Positions 28,540 to 38,742 of a stretch of 64,000 bases of DNA are shown here, one piece after another. Under the pieces are notes generated by a model. It was given only the letters and a program-made list of their open reading frames with translations, was not told where the DNA came from and made no database searches. Origin of the DNA: an uncultured SAR86 cluster bacterium (GTDB lineage Bacteria > Pseudomonadota > Gammaproteobacteria > Magnimaribacterales > Magnimaribacteraceae); contig CACLAF010000003.1 of NCBI GenBank assembly GCA_902604855.1, forward strand, positions 516 to 64,515, read 5' to 3'. Both the position numbers and the translations under genes were made by a program. Every line of letters starts with the position of its first letter. Positions within the stretch are counted from its first letter, which is position 1.

Positions 28540-30108
28540 ATGGCTCAAACTGCCAACCCAAAGATTAAAAGAGCTTTAGTAAGTGTGTCAGATAAAGATG
28601 GCATTGTTGATTTTTGTTCATCGTTATCTAATGATTTGGGGATAGAAATCATTTCTACAGGAGGTACTCTAAAAACCCTCCTAGATGCAGGAATCAATGC
28701 AATAGATATTTCAAAGCATACAGGATTTCCTGAAATGATGGATGGGAGAGTTAAAACCCTTCATCCAAAAGTGCACGGAGGCATACTTGCCAGAAGAGAT
28801 ATAGATCAGCAGGTCATGTTAGAGAATGGGATAAAAGAAATAGACTTAGTAATTGTGAATCTTTATCCATTTATTGAAACCATTGCAAAAGAAAATACTG
28901 AGCTTGAGACTGCAATCGAAAATATTGATATCGGTGGACCTAGTATGGTTAGGTCAGCCGCAAAAAATAATTTATATGTCGGTGTGGTAGTGGAGCCAAA
29001 TGATTATGAAAAAATCCTTCAAGAGATTAAAGATAACGATGGCTCACTTACTTTAAATACTAGAAGAAATTTAGCAGCCAAAGCATTTAGCCATACAGCA
29101 AATTATGATTCGGCAATCTCGGATTACCTCAACCGCAAACAAACTACGAAACCTGAGTATTTGTTTGGTAGATATCAGCTTAAACAAGAACTGAGATATG
29201 GTGAGAATCCGCATCAATCGGCTGCCTTCTATATAAATACAAGTCAGTCCGAGGGAAATAATGTCTCATCTGCCGAACAGATACAAGGTAAAGAGCTTTC
29301 CTATAATAATATTGCAGATACAGACGCTGCCTACGAGTGTGTGAAAGTTTTTTCTGAACCAGCTTGCGTAATAGTAAAACATGCCAATCCTTGTGGAATA
29401 GCACTTGGGTCTAATATTAGAGAAGCATATGAAAAAGCTTTTGCTTCAGATGAAACATCAGCATTTGGAGGAATAATAGCTTTTAATCGATCACTCGATC
29501 AATCTACAACTGATAAAATTATTGATAATCAGTTTGTGGAGGTAATAATTGCTCCAGGTGTAGATCATCAAGCACGTGAAATACTATCTAAGAAAGAAAA
29601 TGTCAGACTTTTAGATACTAAGGAATTGGGTGAACCTGCAAAAGAACCAAAAATATTGAGTGTAAATGGTGGATTGTTAATCCAAGATAATGACTTAGCA
29701 GTTATCTCAAATGAAGATCTAAAAGTGGTATCTGAGCGAAAACCAAGTAAAGATGAAATAGAAAACTGTCTTTTCGCTTGGAAAGTATGTAAGTTTGTTA
29801 AATCAAATGCCATTGTTTATACAAAAGATAATCAAACGATTGGTATAGGTGCCGGACAGATGAGTAGGATTGATAGTGCACAAATAGCAGCGTCTAAAGC
29901 GGTCGAAAGAGGCTTTGAAACAAAAGGATGTTCTATGGCGTCCGACGCTTTCTTTCCTTTCAGAGATGGAATTGATGCTGCAGCTAAAATAGGAATCACC
30001 TCCGTCATCCAACCCGGAGGTTCGATGCGCGATCAAGAAATAATAGATGCCGCTGATGAAGCTGGTATGGCCATGTTATTCACTGGCGTGCGGCACTTTA
30101 GACATTGA
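28540..30108 (+). CDS. purH: Bifunctional AICAR transformylase/IMP cyclohydrolase
   Basis: [38 protein letters not shown]. Confidence 0.98.
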   Translation: MAQTANPKIKRALVSVSDKDGIVDFCSSLSNDLGIEIISTGGTLKTLLDAGINAIDISKHTGFPEMMDGRVKTLHPKVHGGILARRDIDQQVMLENGIKEIDLVIVNLYPFIETIAKENTELETAIENIDIGGPSMVRSAAKNNLYVGVVVEPNDYEKILQEIKDNDGSLTLNTRRNLAAKAFSHTANYDSAISDYLNRKQTTKPEYLFGRYQLKQELRYGENPHQSAAFYINTSQSEGNNVSSAEQIQGKELSYNNIADTDAAYECVKVFSEPACVIVKHANPCGIALGSNIREAYEKAFASDETSAFGGIIAFNRSLDQSTTDKIIDNQFVEVIIAPGVDHQAREILSKKENVRLLDTKELGEPAKEPKILSVNGGLLIQDNDLAVISNEDLKVVSERKPSKDEIENCLFAWKVCKFVKSNAIVYTKDNQTIGIGAGQMSRIDSAQIAASKAVERGFETKGCSMASDAFFPFRDGIDAAAKIGITSVIQPGGSMRDQEIIDAADEAGMAMLFTGVRHFRH

Positions 30109-30111
30109 TAA

Positions 30112-31398
30112 ATGAAGGTCTTAATAGTTGGGTCAGGCGGCAGAGAGCATGCCCTCTCGTGGAAAATATCTAAAAGCCCTTTAGTAAAAGAAATTTTTGT
30201 TGCTCCAGGAAATGGGGGAACAGAATTGGAAAATTCTGTCATCAATGTTGATATACATGCTGATGATATTGAGGGACTGATGCAATTCGCCCTTAATGAA
30301 CAAATCGATTTAACCATCATTGGACCAGAAAATCCTTTGGTCAATGGCATAACAGATAAATTCGAAGAATCAGGATTAAGGTGCTTTGGGCCATCAAAAG
30401 GAGCCGCACAACTTGAAGGGTCTAAGGAGTTCATGAAGAATTTCCTAAAAAAATATAATATACCTACTGCAGAATATTCCGCGTTCACTGACCCTATTAA
30501 AGCTATCGATTATGTAAGAAAAAAAGGATGTCCTATTGTAATCAAGGCTGATGGTCTAGCTGCAGGAAAAGGTGTAACAATTGCAAATAATATTGATGAA
30601 GCCAAAGAGGCAATAGATCTGGCTCTTGAATCTGAAATTTTTGGAGAAGCCGGAAGAAAAATTGTCATAGAAGAGTTCCTGAGTGGAGAAGAAGCAAGTT
30701 TTATAGTAATGACCGATGGAATTAATGCTATCCCTTTTCCAACTTCACAAGATCACAAAGCAAGAGATGAAATGGACAAGGGACCAAATACTGGTGGTAT
30801 GGGTGCATATTCTCCAGCGCCAGTAGTTGATAGCATTGTCCATAAGAAAATCATGCAGGATGTAATTTATCCTACCCTAAAAGGCTTGCAAGAAGAGGGT
30901 TTTAAGTACGTAGGTTTTTTATATGCTGGGATGATGATAGATCAAGATAAAAATCTAAAAGTACTAGAATTTAATTGCCGTTTTGGTGATCCTGAGACAC
31001 AACCCATAATGATGAGACTCGAATCTGATCTAGCTGACCTTTGTTTTAAAGCATGTGAAAGTGATCTTAGTAATCAAACGCTTGAGTGGAATGAAAAAAA
31101 ATCTTTAGGGGTGGTTATTGCTGCAGAAGGATATCCTTCTAAGTATGAAATAAATAAAAAGATTAAAAACATCCCTTTAGAAAAAAATGATCTTAAGGTT
31201 TTCCATGCTGGTACTAGATTCCAAGAAGACAGCTTAACTTCAAATGGAGGAAGGGTAATGTGCGTCACTGCACTGGGCTCTTCGATTCAATCTGCTCAAA
31301 AAAAAGTTTATAATGCGATATCAGAAATTACCTATGAAGATGCTTTTTACAGAAAAGATATAGGTTACAGAGCAATAGCTAGAGAAGAAGAAAAATGA
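30112..31398 (+). CDS. purD: Phosphoribosylamine-glycine ligase
   Basis: GSGGREHAL, KADGLAAGKGV, GPNTGGMGAYSP, EFNCRFGDPETQ. Confidence 0.98.
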   Translation: MKVLIVGSGGREHALSWKISKSPLVKEIFVAPGNGGTELENSVINVDIHADDIEGLMQFALNEQIDLTIIGPENPLVNGITDKFEESGLRCFGPSKGAAQLEGSKEFMKNFLKKYNIPTAEYSAFTDPIKAIDYVRKKGCPIVIKADGLAAGKGVTIANNIDEAKEAIDLALESEIFGEAGRKIVIEEFLSGEEASFIVMTDGINAIPFPTSQDHKARDEMDKGPNTGGMGAYSPAPVVDSIVHKKIMQDVIYPTLKGLQEEGFKYVGFLYAGMMIDQDKNLKVLEFNCRFGDPETQPIMMRLESDLADLCFKACESDLSNQTLEWNEKKSLGVVIAAEGYPSKYEINKKIKNIPLEKNDLKVFHAGTRFQEDSLTSNGGRVMCVTALGSSIQSAQKKVYNAISEITYEDAFYRKDIGYRAIAREEEK

Positions 31399-32024
31399 GC
31401 TTAATAGATAGATTTATAACTGAGATTGATAAAGGTTTAAAGTTTTCAATACAAAACTACCAGAAAGAATCGAGACAATATCCTGCACAAAACATTGAAG
31501 AAGACTCTTTGAGTGAACTTGATAGAAGTATTTCTGCAAGCTTGATGAGAATAAATCATGCTGGAGAAGTTTCTGCCCAAGGCTTATATAGAGGCCAGGC
31601 ACTAACGGCTAGACTCGATGGCACAAGAGAAAAAATGGATGAGGCGGCCGAAGAAGAACTTGATCATTTAGCTTGGTGCAATAAAAGACTTGAAGAACTT
31701 GATGAGAAACCAAGTATTTTTAATCCAATCTGGTATGGATTATCTTTCACTATGGGAGCAATAGCTGGTATGGCTGGAGATAAATGGAGTTTAGGTTTTG
31801 TCCATGAAACAGAAGAGCAAGTTGTTAAACACCTGAAAAGTCATATGGATAAGATTCCAGCTAGTGACGCAAAAACTGCCTCGATTTTGGAACAAATGGC
31901 CATAGACGAAGCGCATCACAGCGAAGAAGCTCTACAATCAGGTGCTGTCGAATTGCCTGAAAATGTAAAAAAACTGATGGCTGGCATTGCTAAAATAATG
32001 ACTAAATCTAGTTATTATGTTTAG
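31395..32024 (+). CDS. coq7: Demethoxyubiquinone hydroxylase Coq7
   Basis: MRINHAGEVSAQGLYRGQ, EE.DHLAWC, ETEEQV..HL, DEAHH di-iron motifs. Confidence 0.95.
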   Translation: MSLIDRFITEIDKGLKFSIQNYQKESRQYPAQNIEEDSLSELDRSISASLMRINHAGEVSAQGLYRGQALTARLDGTREKMDEAAEEELDHLAWCNKRLEELDEKPSIFNPIWYGLSFTMGAIAGMAGDKWSLGFVHETEEQVVKHLKSHMDKIPASDAKTASILEQMAIDEAHHSEEALQSGAVELPENVKKLMAGIAKIMTKSSYYV

Positions 32025-32049
32025 TAAAAAATTATTTTTAAATTACCCA

Positions 32050-32100
32050 TTGCTAATTAAATCTACACAGGTATAGTGCGCGCGTAACAATAATGTTACG
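32050..32100 (+). promoter_or_regulatory. sigma70 promoter, GC discriminator and 5'-UTR inverted repeat of the RRM gene
   Basis: TTGCTA-N16-TATAGT-GCGCG, then CGTAACA-ATAA-TGTTACG. Confidence 0.6.
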
Positions 32101-32118
32101 GTTTTTGAAAAGGATAAT

Positions 32119-32364
32119 ATGAATATATACGTTGGAAACATTGCTTGGAGCACATCTGAGGAAGATTTAGAAGCTCATTTCGCTCAATATGGAGACGTCA
32201 AAGCAGTTAGGATAATCACAGAAGGTCACTCAGGTAGATCAAAAGGTTTTGGTTTTGTAGAGATGGAATCAAAAGAAGCTGGTCAAGCGGCTATCGAAGC
32301 GCTTGATGGAACTGATTTTGCTGGCAGAGACTTAAGAGTAAACGAAGCCAAACCTAGAGACTAG
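32119..32364 (+). CDS. Single-RRM RNA-binding protein
   Basis: RNP2 IYVGNI, RNP1 KGFGFVEM, GRDLRVNEAKPR; AAGGA RBS. Confidence 0.95.
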   Translation: MNIYVGNIAWSTSEEDLEAHFAQYGDVKAVRIITEGHSGRSKGFGFVEMESKEAGQAAIEALDGTDFAGRDLRVNEAKPRD

Positions 32365-32373
32365 CTCTCTCAG

Positions 32374-32449
32374 TAGAAGAATTAATCTTTTCTTCTAAAA
32401 TACATAAACAAAGTTCAAAGCTTAGATATTATCTTGGCTTTTCTTTGTT
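32374..32449. terminator. Two hairpins between the convergent RRM gene and trpC, probable bidirectional terminator
   Basis: TAGAAGAA...TTCTTCTA and AACAAAG..AAAGCTTAGATA/TATCTTGGCTTT..CTTTGTT inverted repeats. Confidence 0.5.
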
Positions 32450-32462
32450 ATGTTGTTCCAAT

Positions 32463-33257
32463 TTATTCTGGGGAGAAAAAAAGCTTTCTTAGTTCAGTTC
32501 CTGGATTTTCAGCTCGCATAAAAGACTCCCCGACCAAAAAGTTTAAAACATCATAATTGAGTATTTGATCTATATCTTCTCTTGTCTTTATTCCGCTTTC
32601 AGAGACGAGTAGTTTGTCTTTTAAGTTTAGAGATAATTCTCTGGTAGTTTTAAGGTCCACTTCAAAGGTACTTAAATTCCGATTATTAATACCAATAAAT
32701 GGGAAATCTATTGGTTGAATACGTTCCAGTTCATCTTGGTTATGAATCTCCACCAAAACATCTAGATCTAGGCTTTCAGCAATAGTCTTAAACTCCTTAA
32801 GTTGACTATCTGATAAAGCAGATACGATTAATAAAATACAATCTGCACCATATAATTTGCTCTGATAAATCTGATACTCATTAATAATAAAATCTTTTCT
32901 TAAAAGAGGAATCTCTACTATAGACCTTATCTTCTTAAGATATTCTAGAGAGCCATGAAAGAATTTTTCGTCAGTCAATACGCTCAGACAAGTAGCATTA
33001 TTTTCCTCGTATTGTTTAGCGATAGTTTCAGGTGAAAAGTTTTCTCTAATCACACCTTTGCTAGGAGAAGCCTTTTTTATCTCTGCAATTACAGATACAA
33101 GTCCTTCATTATTTCTTTGCTGGATAGATTGAATAAATCCTCGTCTTGGAGGCAAATCCACAATCTTAGATTTGATATCTTCTAAACTTTCTCTTCTTTC
33201 TTCCTCAGTTACTACTGAGCGTTTATCTTTAATAATTTCGTCAAGATAGCTTGCCAT
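32463..33257 (-). CDS. trpC: Indole-3-glycerol phosphate synthase
   Basis: IAEIKKASPSKG, SVLTD, LRKDF, GINNRNL, SESGI. Confidence 0.97.
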   Translation of the reverse strand: MASYLDEIIKDKRSVVTEEERRESLEDIKSKIVDLPPRRGFIQSIQQRNNEGLVSVIAEIKKASPSKGVIRENFSPETIAKQYEENNATCLSVLTDEKFFHGSLEYLKKIRSIVEIPLLRKDFIINEYQIYQSKLYGADCILLIVSALSDSQLKEFKTIAESLDLDVLVEIHNQDELERIQPIDFPFIGINNRNLSTFEVDLKTTRELSLNLKDKLLVSESGIKTREDIDQILNYDVLNFLVGESFMRAENPGTELRKLFFSPE

Positions 33258-34273
33258 TAGAATTTAGAGGAATATTCAACCAGTTGATTAAGTTTTTCAA
33301 TCCCACCGCCATCTTTTACACATTCATTGGCTAATATAATACCTGCCTCTAATGAGCTTGATACTTCAGAAACATATAGTGCAGCGCCAGCTGCCATCGA
33401 GATCATAGAAGAAGCTTCTTTATGTTTATCGACTAACGCAAGTTTAATGAGATTAAGACTTTCTTCTGGAGAATTCACTTGTAATCCATTAAGCGTAGAA
33501 GTTTTGAAATTAAAATCTTCGGGATTAATAGTATACTCAGAGATATCTCCATCTTTCATCTCTATTACAAACGTTGGAGAGGCAATACTTATCTCATCCA
33601 AGCCATCTTCAGAGTGAATAATCATCGTATGTTCACTTCCCAATTCCTTTAACACATTAGTAATAGGCCTCATCCATTTCTTATCATAAACACCCATAAC
33701 TTGTCTTTTCGCAGATGCGGGATTAGTCAATGGTCCAAGGATATTGAAAATACTCTTTTGGGCAATTTCTTTTCTAGGACCAACAACATGCTTCATAGCA
33801 CTATGGTGAGCTGGAGCAAACATAAATCCTAGGCCGATGTTTTTTATACAATCTGCCACTTCACTGGGTTTAAGTGTAAGAGGAACACCTGCTTGTTCAA
33901 GGAGATCAGCGCTACCACTGCTCCTCATTGCTGACCTGTTGCCATGTTTTGCAACTTTTGCTCCACATTGACTTGCAACAAATGCAGATGCTGTTGATAC
34001 ATTAAAAATACCAATTCCTGACCCTCCTGTACCACAAGTATCTACCAGATGAGTTAAATCAGTTTTGACTTTTTCAGAAAGTTCTCTCATTACTTCGACT
34101 GCGCCAATTACTTCTTCAACCGTTTCACCTTTCATAGATAAAGCTATTAAAAAAGCACCGATTTGCGCATCAGTCGCTTTACCTTCCAATATCTCAAACA
34201 TAACAGAAGACATTTCTTGTTTTTGAAGATCTTGATTTGAGACTACTTTGCTTATTCCTTCTTGTATATTCAT
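33257..34273 (-). CDS. trpD: Anthranilate phosphoribosyltransferase
   Basis: DTCGTGG, FNVST, AKHGNR, GSADLLE, DGLDEIS. Confidence 0.97.
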   Translation of the reverse strand: MNIQEGISKVVSNQDLQKQEMSSVMFEILEGKATDAQIGAFLIALSMKGETVEEVIGAVEVMRELSEKVKTDLTHLVDTCGTGGSGIGIFNVSTASAFVASQCGAKVAKHGNRSAMRSSGSADLLEQAGVPLTLKPSEVADCIKNIGLGFMFAPAHHSAMKHVVGPRKEIAQKSIFNILGPLTNPASAKRQVMGVYDKKWMRPITNVLKELGSEHTMIIHSEDGLDEISIASPTFVIEMKDGDISEYTINPEDFNFKTSTLNGLQVNSPEESLNLIKLALVDKHKEASSMISMAAGAALYVSEVSSSLEAGIILANECVKDGGGIEKLNQLVEYSSKF

Positions 34274-34842
34274 TACGAGTAAATATCTAGAAAGTTTATA
34301 AGAAGGGATTTGCCGTGTTCAGTCGCGATGGATTCAGGATGAAACTGTATTCCGGTGACTGGTTCTGAATTATGTTGAATAGCCATTATTGTCCCGTCTT
34401 CAGATCTAGCCGTGATGTCAAATTCTTTTGAAAGTGATGACTCTTCAATAACAAGAGAATGGTATCTTGTAGCGAGAAATTCGTTTTCTACTGAAGAAAA
34501 TATACCTTCTCCATTATGACTAATCTTTGAAAGTTTGCCATGCATAATCTCTTTAGCTTTTATTATATTTGCACCATAAGCAGAACCAATAGATTGATGA
34601 CCTAAGCAAACACCTAAAATGGGTACTTTACCTGAAAATTCTTTGATCACGTCAACCGATATTCCAGCTTCTTTTGGTGTACAGGGGCCAGGAGATATAA
34701 CAATATAATCTGGAGATTTATTTTTAATTTCCTGAACGCTTATTGCATCATTCCTATGCACCTCTACTTCCTGTGACATTTCGTAAAAGTATTGAACAAG
34801 GTTGTATGTAAAAGAATCATAGTTATCGATCATTAGTAACAT
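34273..34842 (-). CDS. trpG: Anthranilate synthase component II
   Basis: IDNYDSFTYNL, SPGP, GVCLGHQ, RYHSL, QFHPES. Confidence 0.96.
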   Translation of the reverse strand: MLLMIDNYDSFTYNLVQYFYEMSQEVEVHRNDAISVQEIKNKSPDYIVISPGPCTPKEAGISVDVIKEFSGKVPILGVCLGHQSIGSAYGANIIKAKEIMHGKLSKISHNGEGIFSSVENEFLATRYHSLVIEESSLSKEFDITARSEDGTIMAIQHNSEPVTGIQFHPESIATEHGKSLLINFLDIYS

Positions 34843-34845
34843 ATC

Positions 34846-36288
34846 TCAACCTTCTAGTTTTTCCTGTACCATTTCTGCAGCTTTGAAAATAGCTCGACCT
34901 TTATTTAGTGATTCTTTCCATTCTAGATCCGGAACTGAGTCTGCAACCCAGCCTCCTCCTGCCTGAATATAGAGTACTTCGTCTTTGATGACTGCTGTCC
35001 TGATTGCAATTGCCATATCCATATTACCCTGCCAAGAAAGGTATCCTATTGCCCCACCGTAAATACCTCTTTTCACAGGCTCGAATTCATCGATGATCTC
35101 CATAGCTCTGATTTTAGGAGCACCTGATACAGTTCCTGCAGGGAAAGTAGCCTTAAATAAATCAATGGCAGACATACCGTCTTCCAATTCAGCTTCAACA
35201 TTAGAAACCATATGCATAACGTGACTGTATCTTTCTATCCCAAATTGTTCAGTAACATTTACAGTACCAGGTTTAGCAATTCGTCCTACATCATTCCTGC
35301 CTAAATCGATTAACATGAGATGTTCTGCAATTTCTTTAGGGTCATTAACCATATCTTTTTCCATAGCTATATCATCTGCATCATCTTTACCTCTTCTTCT
35401 TGTACCGGCAATTGGTCTTACCGTAACCTTATTATCTTCAAGTCTTGCTAAGATTTCTGGAGAGGATCCCACTATATGAAAATCATGTAAGTTTAAATAA
35501 TACATATAAGGTGATGGATTTAATTGCCTTATAGATCTATACAGCGCAACCGGATCGGCAGTAAAAGGAATAGACATACGCTGCGAACAAACAACTTGCA
35601 TGATGTCTCCCTCTTCGATGTATTTTTTTGCTTTCTCTACTGATTTTTTGAATTCATATTCACCAAATCCAGAAATGAAATCAGATTCATTTATAGTTTT
35701 TTCAGGTTTCTTGAAATCTTGAAATATAAGTGGCTCTTTAAGCTTTTCCTCTAACTCATCTAATCGTCTCTCCGCAATATCTCGATCATCTTCTCTATCA
35801 ATTAATATAATTAAATGAAGTTTATTCTTTAAATTATCAAATACAGCAACTTCTTCAGAGACCATAAATAAGGCATCTGGTGTCCCTAAAGAATCTGGAG
35901 GAATAGATTCGATCAATTTCTTTTCAATGTATCTGACACAATCATATGAAAAATAACCGACAAGACCACCATTAAACTTTGGTAAATTTGTATCTTCTTC
36001 AAGAGTGAAGCTTTTCTGTAGCTGATCTAAATAATCTAAGGGATCATCTGTTGTTATGGTCTCAATTTGTTTCCCATCTTGAAGAATTACAACTTCATTT
36101 TTTATAACCTTTATTAATCTCCTGGCTTTTAAGCCGATAAGGGAGTATCTAGCCCACTTATCTCCGCCTTCAACCGACTCAAACAAATAACTATAAGAAC
36201 AGTTAGCCAATTTCCTATATACACTAAGGGGGGTCTCCATATCGGCTAGGATTTCGCGAGAAATTGGAATTTTTTTTTGTATATCCAC
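34846..36288 (-). CDS. trpE: Anthranilate synthase component I
   Basis: LFESVEGG, NPSPYM, RPIAGT, EHLMLIDLGRND, GTVSGAPK. Confidence 0.97.
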   Translation of the reverse strand: MDIQKKIPISREILADMETPLSVYRKLANCSYSYLFESVEGGDKWARYSLIGLKARRLIKVIKNEVVILQDGKQIETITTDDPLDYLDQLQKSFTLEEDTNLPKFNGGLVGYFSYDCVRYIEKKLIESIPPDSLGTPDALFMVSEEVAVFDNLKNKLHLIILIDREDDRDIAERRLDELEEKLKEPLIFQDFKKPEKTINESDFISGFGEYEFKKSVEKAKKYIEEGDIMQVVCSQRMSIPFTADPVALYRSIRQLNPSPYMYYLNLHDFHIVGSSPEILARLEDNKVTVRPIAGTRRRGKDDADDIAMEKDMVNDPKEIAEHLMLIDLGRNDVGRIAKPGTVNVTEQFGIERYSHVMHMVSNVEAELEDGMSAIDLFKATFPAGTVSGAPKIRAMEIIDEFEPVKRGIYGGAIGYLSWQGNMDMAIAIRTAVIKDEVLYIQAGGGWVADSVPDLEWKESLNKGRAIFKAAEMVQEKLEG

Positions 36289-36292
36289 TATT

Positions 36293-36967
36293 TTAGAGAG
36301 CTTCTAAAGAGGATCTCATTTGTTTAATTACCTTAGAATAGTCTTCTTGATTAAAAATAGCTGATCCAGCAACGAAAGTATCGGCACCTGCTTCAGCTAC
36401 AGTAGCAATATTTTCTAAGTTAATTCCACCATCGACCTCAAGTCTTATATCTAAATTTTTCTTTTCAATCGTATCTCTTACTTTTGTGACTTTGTTAAGC
36501 ACAGAATCAATAAACTTTTGACCTCCAAAACCGGGATTAACGGACATTAGCAGAATCATATCCAATTTATCGATTGACTCCTCAATTAAGCTAACTGGAG
36601 TTGCAGGGTTTAGGACTAAACCAGCTTTACAATCATGACTTTTGATAAGTTCTATTGATCTATCTATATGGTCAGTAGCTTCAGGATGAAAAGTGATATA
36701 AGTTGATCCGGCTCTTGCAAAACTTTCTATTAAACTATCCACTGGTTTAACCATCAAATGAGTGTCTATAGGTGCTTTGATACCATAATCCCGCAATGCT
36801 TTGCATACCATTGGCCCTATAGTTAGATTAGGCACATAGTGATTGTCCATGACATCAAAATGAATCCAGTCTGCACCAGAAGTTAAGACACTTTCAGCTT
36901 CCTCGCCCAGGCGCGCAAAATCTGCTGACAAGATAGAAGGAGCAATTATGTAGTCTTTAGTCATCAT
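36293..36967 (-). CDS. rpe: Ribulose-phosphate 3-epimerase
   Basis: [36 protein letters not shown]. Confidence 0.97.
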   Translation of the reverse strand: MMTKDYIIAPSILSADFARLGEEAESVLTSGADWIHFDVMDNHYVPNLTIGPMVCKALRDYGIKAPIDTHLMVKPVDSLIESFARAGSTYITFHPEATDHIDRSIELIKSHDCKAGLVLNPATPVSLIEESIDKLDMILLMSVNPGFGGQKFIDSVLNKVTKVRDTIEKKNLDIRLEVDGGINLENIATVAEAGADTFVAGSAIFNQEDYSKVIKQMRSSLEAL

Positions 36968-36979
36968 TGAGATGCAAGT

Positions 36980-37645
36980 TTACTCCTCGCTCAGTAAACC
37001 GTCTAATCTTTCAACATCATCGAGAGTATTGAGATTCTCGTACTTGCCTTCAAAGATCTCACCTGAAACAAGATTATTTAAAGAAGCTGGTTTAAGAATA
37101 TCATTCCAAAGTTGCAGAGGTCCTACCTTAGACAAACTAAACAAATCTGGTGAAATAATCATTATTCCGGAGAAAGTATATTTATTTTCTTCTAGGTCAG
37201 ACCTAACATAACCATCGATTAGTGAAACATCTCCTTTTAGATTGCTCTCAGGATTAGGAATAAGAATCATATGGGCCAAGAAATCATCCTTAAGCTCTAA
37301 ATTATTAAAATTAAAATCTGTCCATATATCTGAACTAAGAACAAAAAAAGGTTCCTCGAAATGATGTATAGCATTTTGTATTCCGCCCCCCGTACCCAAT
37401 AGTTCTTTTTCCAGGGAATAGGAAATCTTGAGCCCATAATCTGAGCCATCTCCAAGTAAGTTCACTATCTTTTCACCTCGATGGTGAAGATTAATAACAA
37501 TTTCTTCAATATTGGTATTTTTTAAGCTCTTAATTATCCTTTCAATCAAGGAAACTCCGCCAACTTTTACCAATGGCTTAGGATTATCCTCTGTAAATGG
37601 AAGAAGTCTTTTGCCCTTCCCTGCTGCAAGTAAAAATGCTTTCAT
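36980..37645 (-). CDS. murU: N-acetylmuramate alpha-1-phosphate uridylyltransferase
   Basis: LAAGKGKRLLP.T...PKPL, LGTGGGI; downstream of amgK and divergent from lptD. Confidence 0.85.
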   Translation of the reverse strand: MKAFLLAAGKGKRLLPFTEDNPKPLVKVGGVSLIERIIKSLKNTNIEEIVINLHHRGEKIVNLLGDGSDYGLKISYSLEKELLGTGGGIQNAIHHFEEPFFVLSSDIWTDFNFNNLELKDDFLAHMILIPNPESNLKGDVSLIDGYVRSDLEENKYTFSGIMIISPDLFSLSKVGPLQLWNDILKPASLNNLVSGEIFEGKYENLNTLDDVERLDGLLSEE

Positions 37646-38655
37646 TGAATATTTCTTAAAGTTTTAATGAGTTTCGGTTCAACTTTTTCTGTTAAAAAGT
37701 TAGCCAATTCTTTCAAAGAAGCATATTTTGCTAAGTCTACTTGAAGAAATCTTAGAGTCTGTTTTAAATCCTTAAGTCTAAAAGATTTTTTATCTCTAAG
37801 GTGTAATCTTGATAGTGTTCCTAAAATCCTAAACTGGCGTTGGAAACCAGCAAAATCTATATCCTTTTCAAGGTCTGAGAGTTTTAACTTTTCTGATTTG
37901 TTGCCCTTGATATCTTCCATATAGTATTTAAGATAATTTAGTAAATCTTCATGACTCAATGGGTTTTCTATATCTTTTAAAATCGACACAAGATCTATGG
38001 CATAAGGTCCTAAGCATAAATCTTGAAAATCTAATATTCCAATTTCATTTTTTTCTAGAAGCATAAGGTTTCGGAATTCAAAATCAAAATGACACATTAC
38101 ATGGGATTGTTGTGAACACTCTCTAGCTATTAGCTCCCAACTATCATCTAGCGTTTTTTTATCATTATTAGAATAGTCTAATTCTAAAAAACCCACAAAA
38201 AACCACTCTTCAAAAAGACACATTTGCTGTTTCAACGTCTGCTGCGTAAGCTTGAAGAGATCAGCAGGTGGTTTAATTTCTTGAAGTTGATGGATTTTTT
38301 GTAATGATTTTTTAAAAAGGAACTCTTTATTTTCTTCATTTATTTCCAGTTGAACGACTTTGTCACCGAAATCCTCTAAAATCATAAAACCTTTAAGATG
38401 ATCTGAAGCTTCTACTTTGGGTACTTTAATACCATTTTTTGTCAGAAAATTGGAATGAATCTCAAATAATTCATTTTGTTTAGAATTTGGCTCAGATATA
38501 AGACCTATTTTTGTTCCTGTATCAGTCTGAATCCTGAAATAATGCCTCAGACTTGCTTGCTCTCTTAGAGGCTGCAAGCTTTCAATATTTTTAAATCCTA
38601 AACTTGATCCTTGCAATAAGGCCCAATTTAACAAGTCATCTTTCATCTCTGTCAT
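37642..38655 (-). CDS. amgK: Anomeric MurNAc/GlcNAc kinase
   Basis: ASLRHYFR, LEDFGD, HFDFEFRNLM, LDFQD, RL.LRD.K; conserved synteny. Confidence 0.85.
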   Translation of the reverse strand: MTEMKDDLLNWALLQGSSLGFKNIESLQPLREQASLRHYFRIQTDTGTKIGLISEPNSKQNELFEIHSNFLTKNGIKVPKVEASDHLKGFMILEDFGDKVVQLEINEENKEFLFKKSLQKIHQLQEIKPPADLFKLTQQTLKQQMCLFEEWFFVGFLELDYSNNDKKTLDDSWELIARECSQQSHVMCHFDFEFRNLMLLEKNEIGILDFQDLCLGPYAIDLVSILKDIENPLSHEDLLNYLKYYMEDIKGNKSEKLKLSDLEKDIDFAGFQRQFRILGTLSRLHLRDKKSFRLKDLKQTLRFLQVDLAKYASLKELANFLTEKVEPKLIKTLRNIQ

Positions 38656-38742
38656 AATATTATAGTAATCTGAAGAGGTCTTCCTTTATGATCTCAACAA
38701 GTTTATGGAACAATCACTACCAAAAATACTCTAATTTGTACT

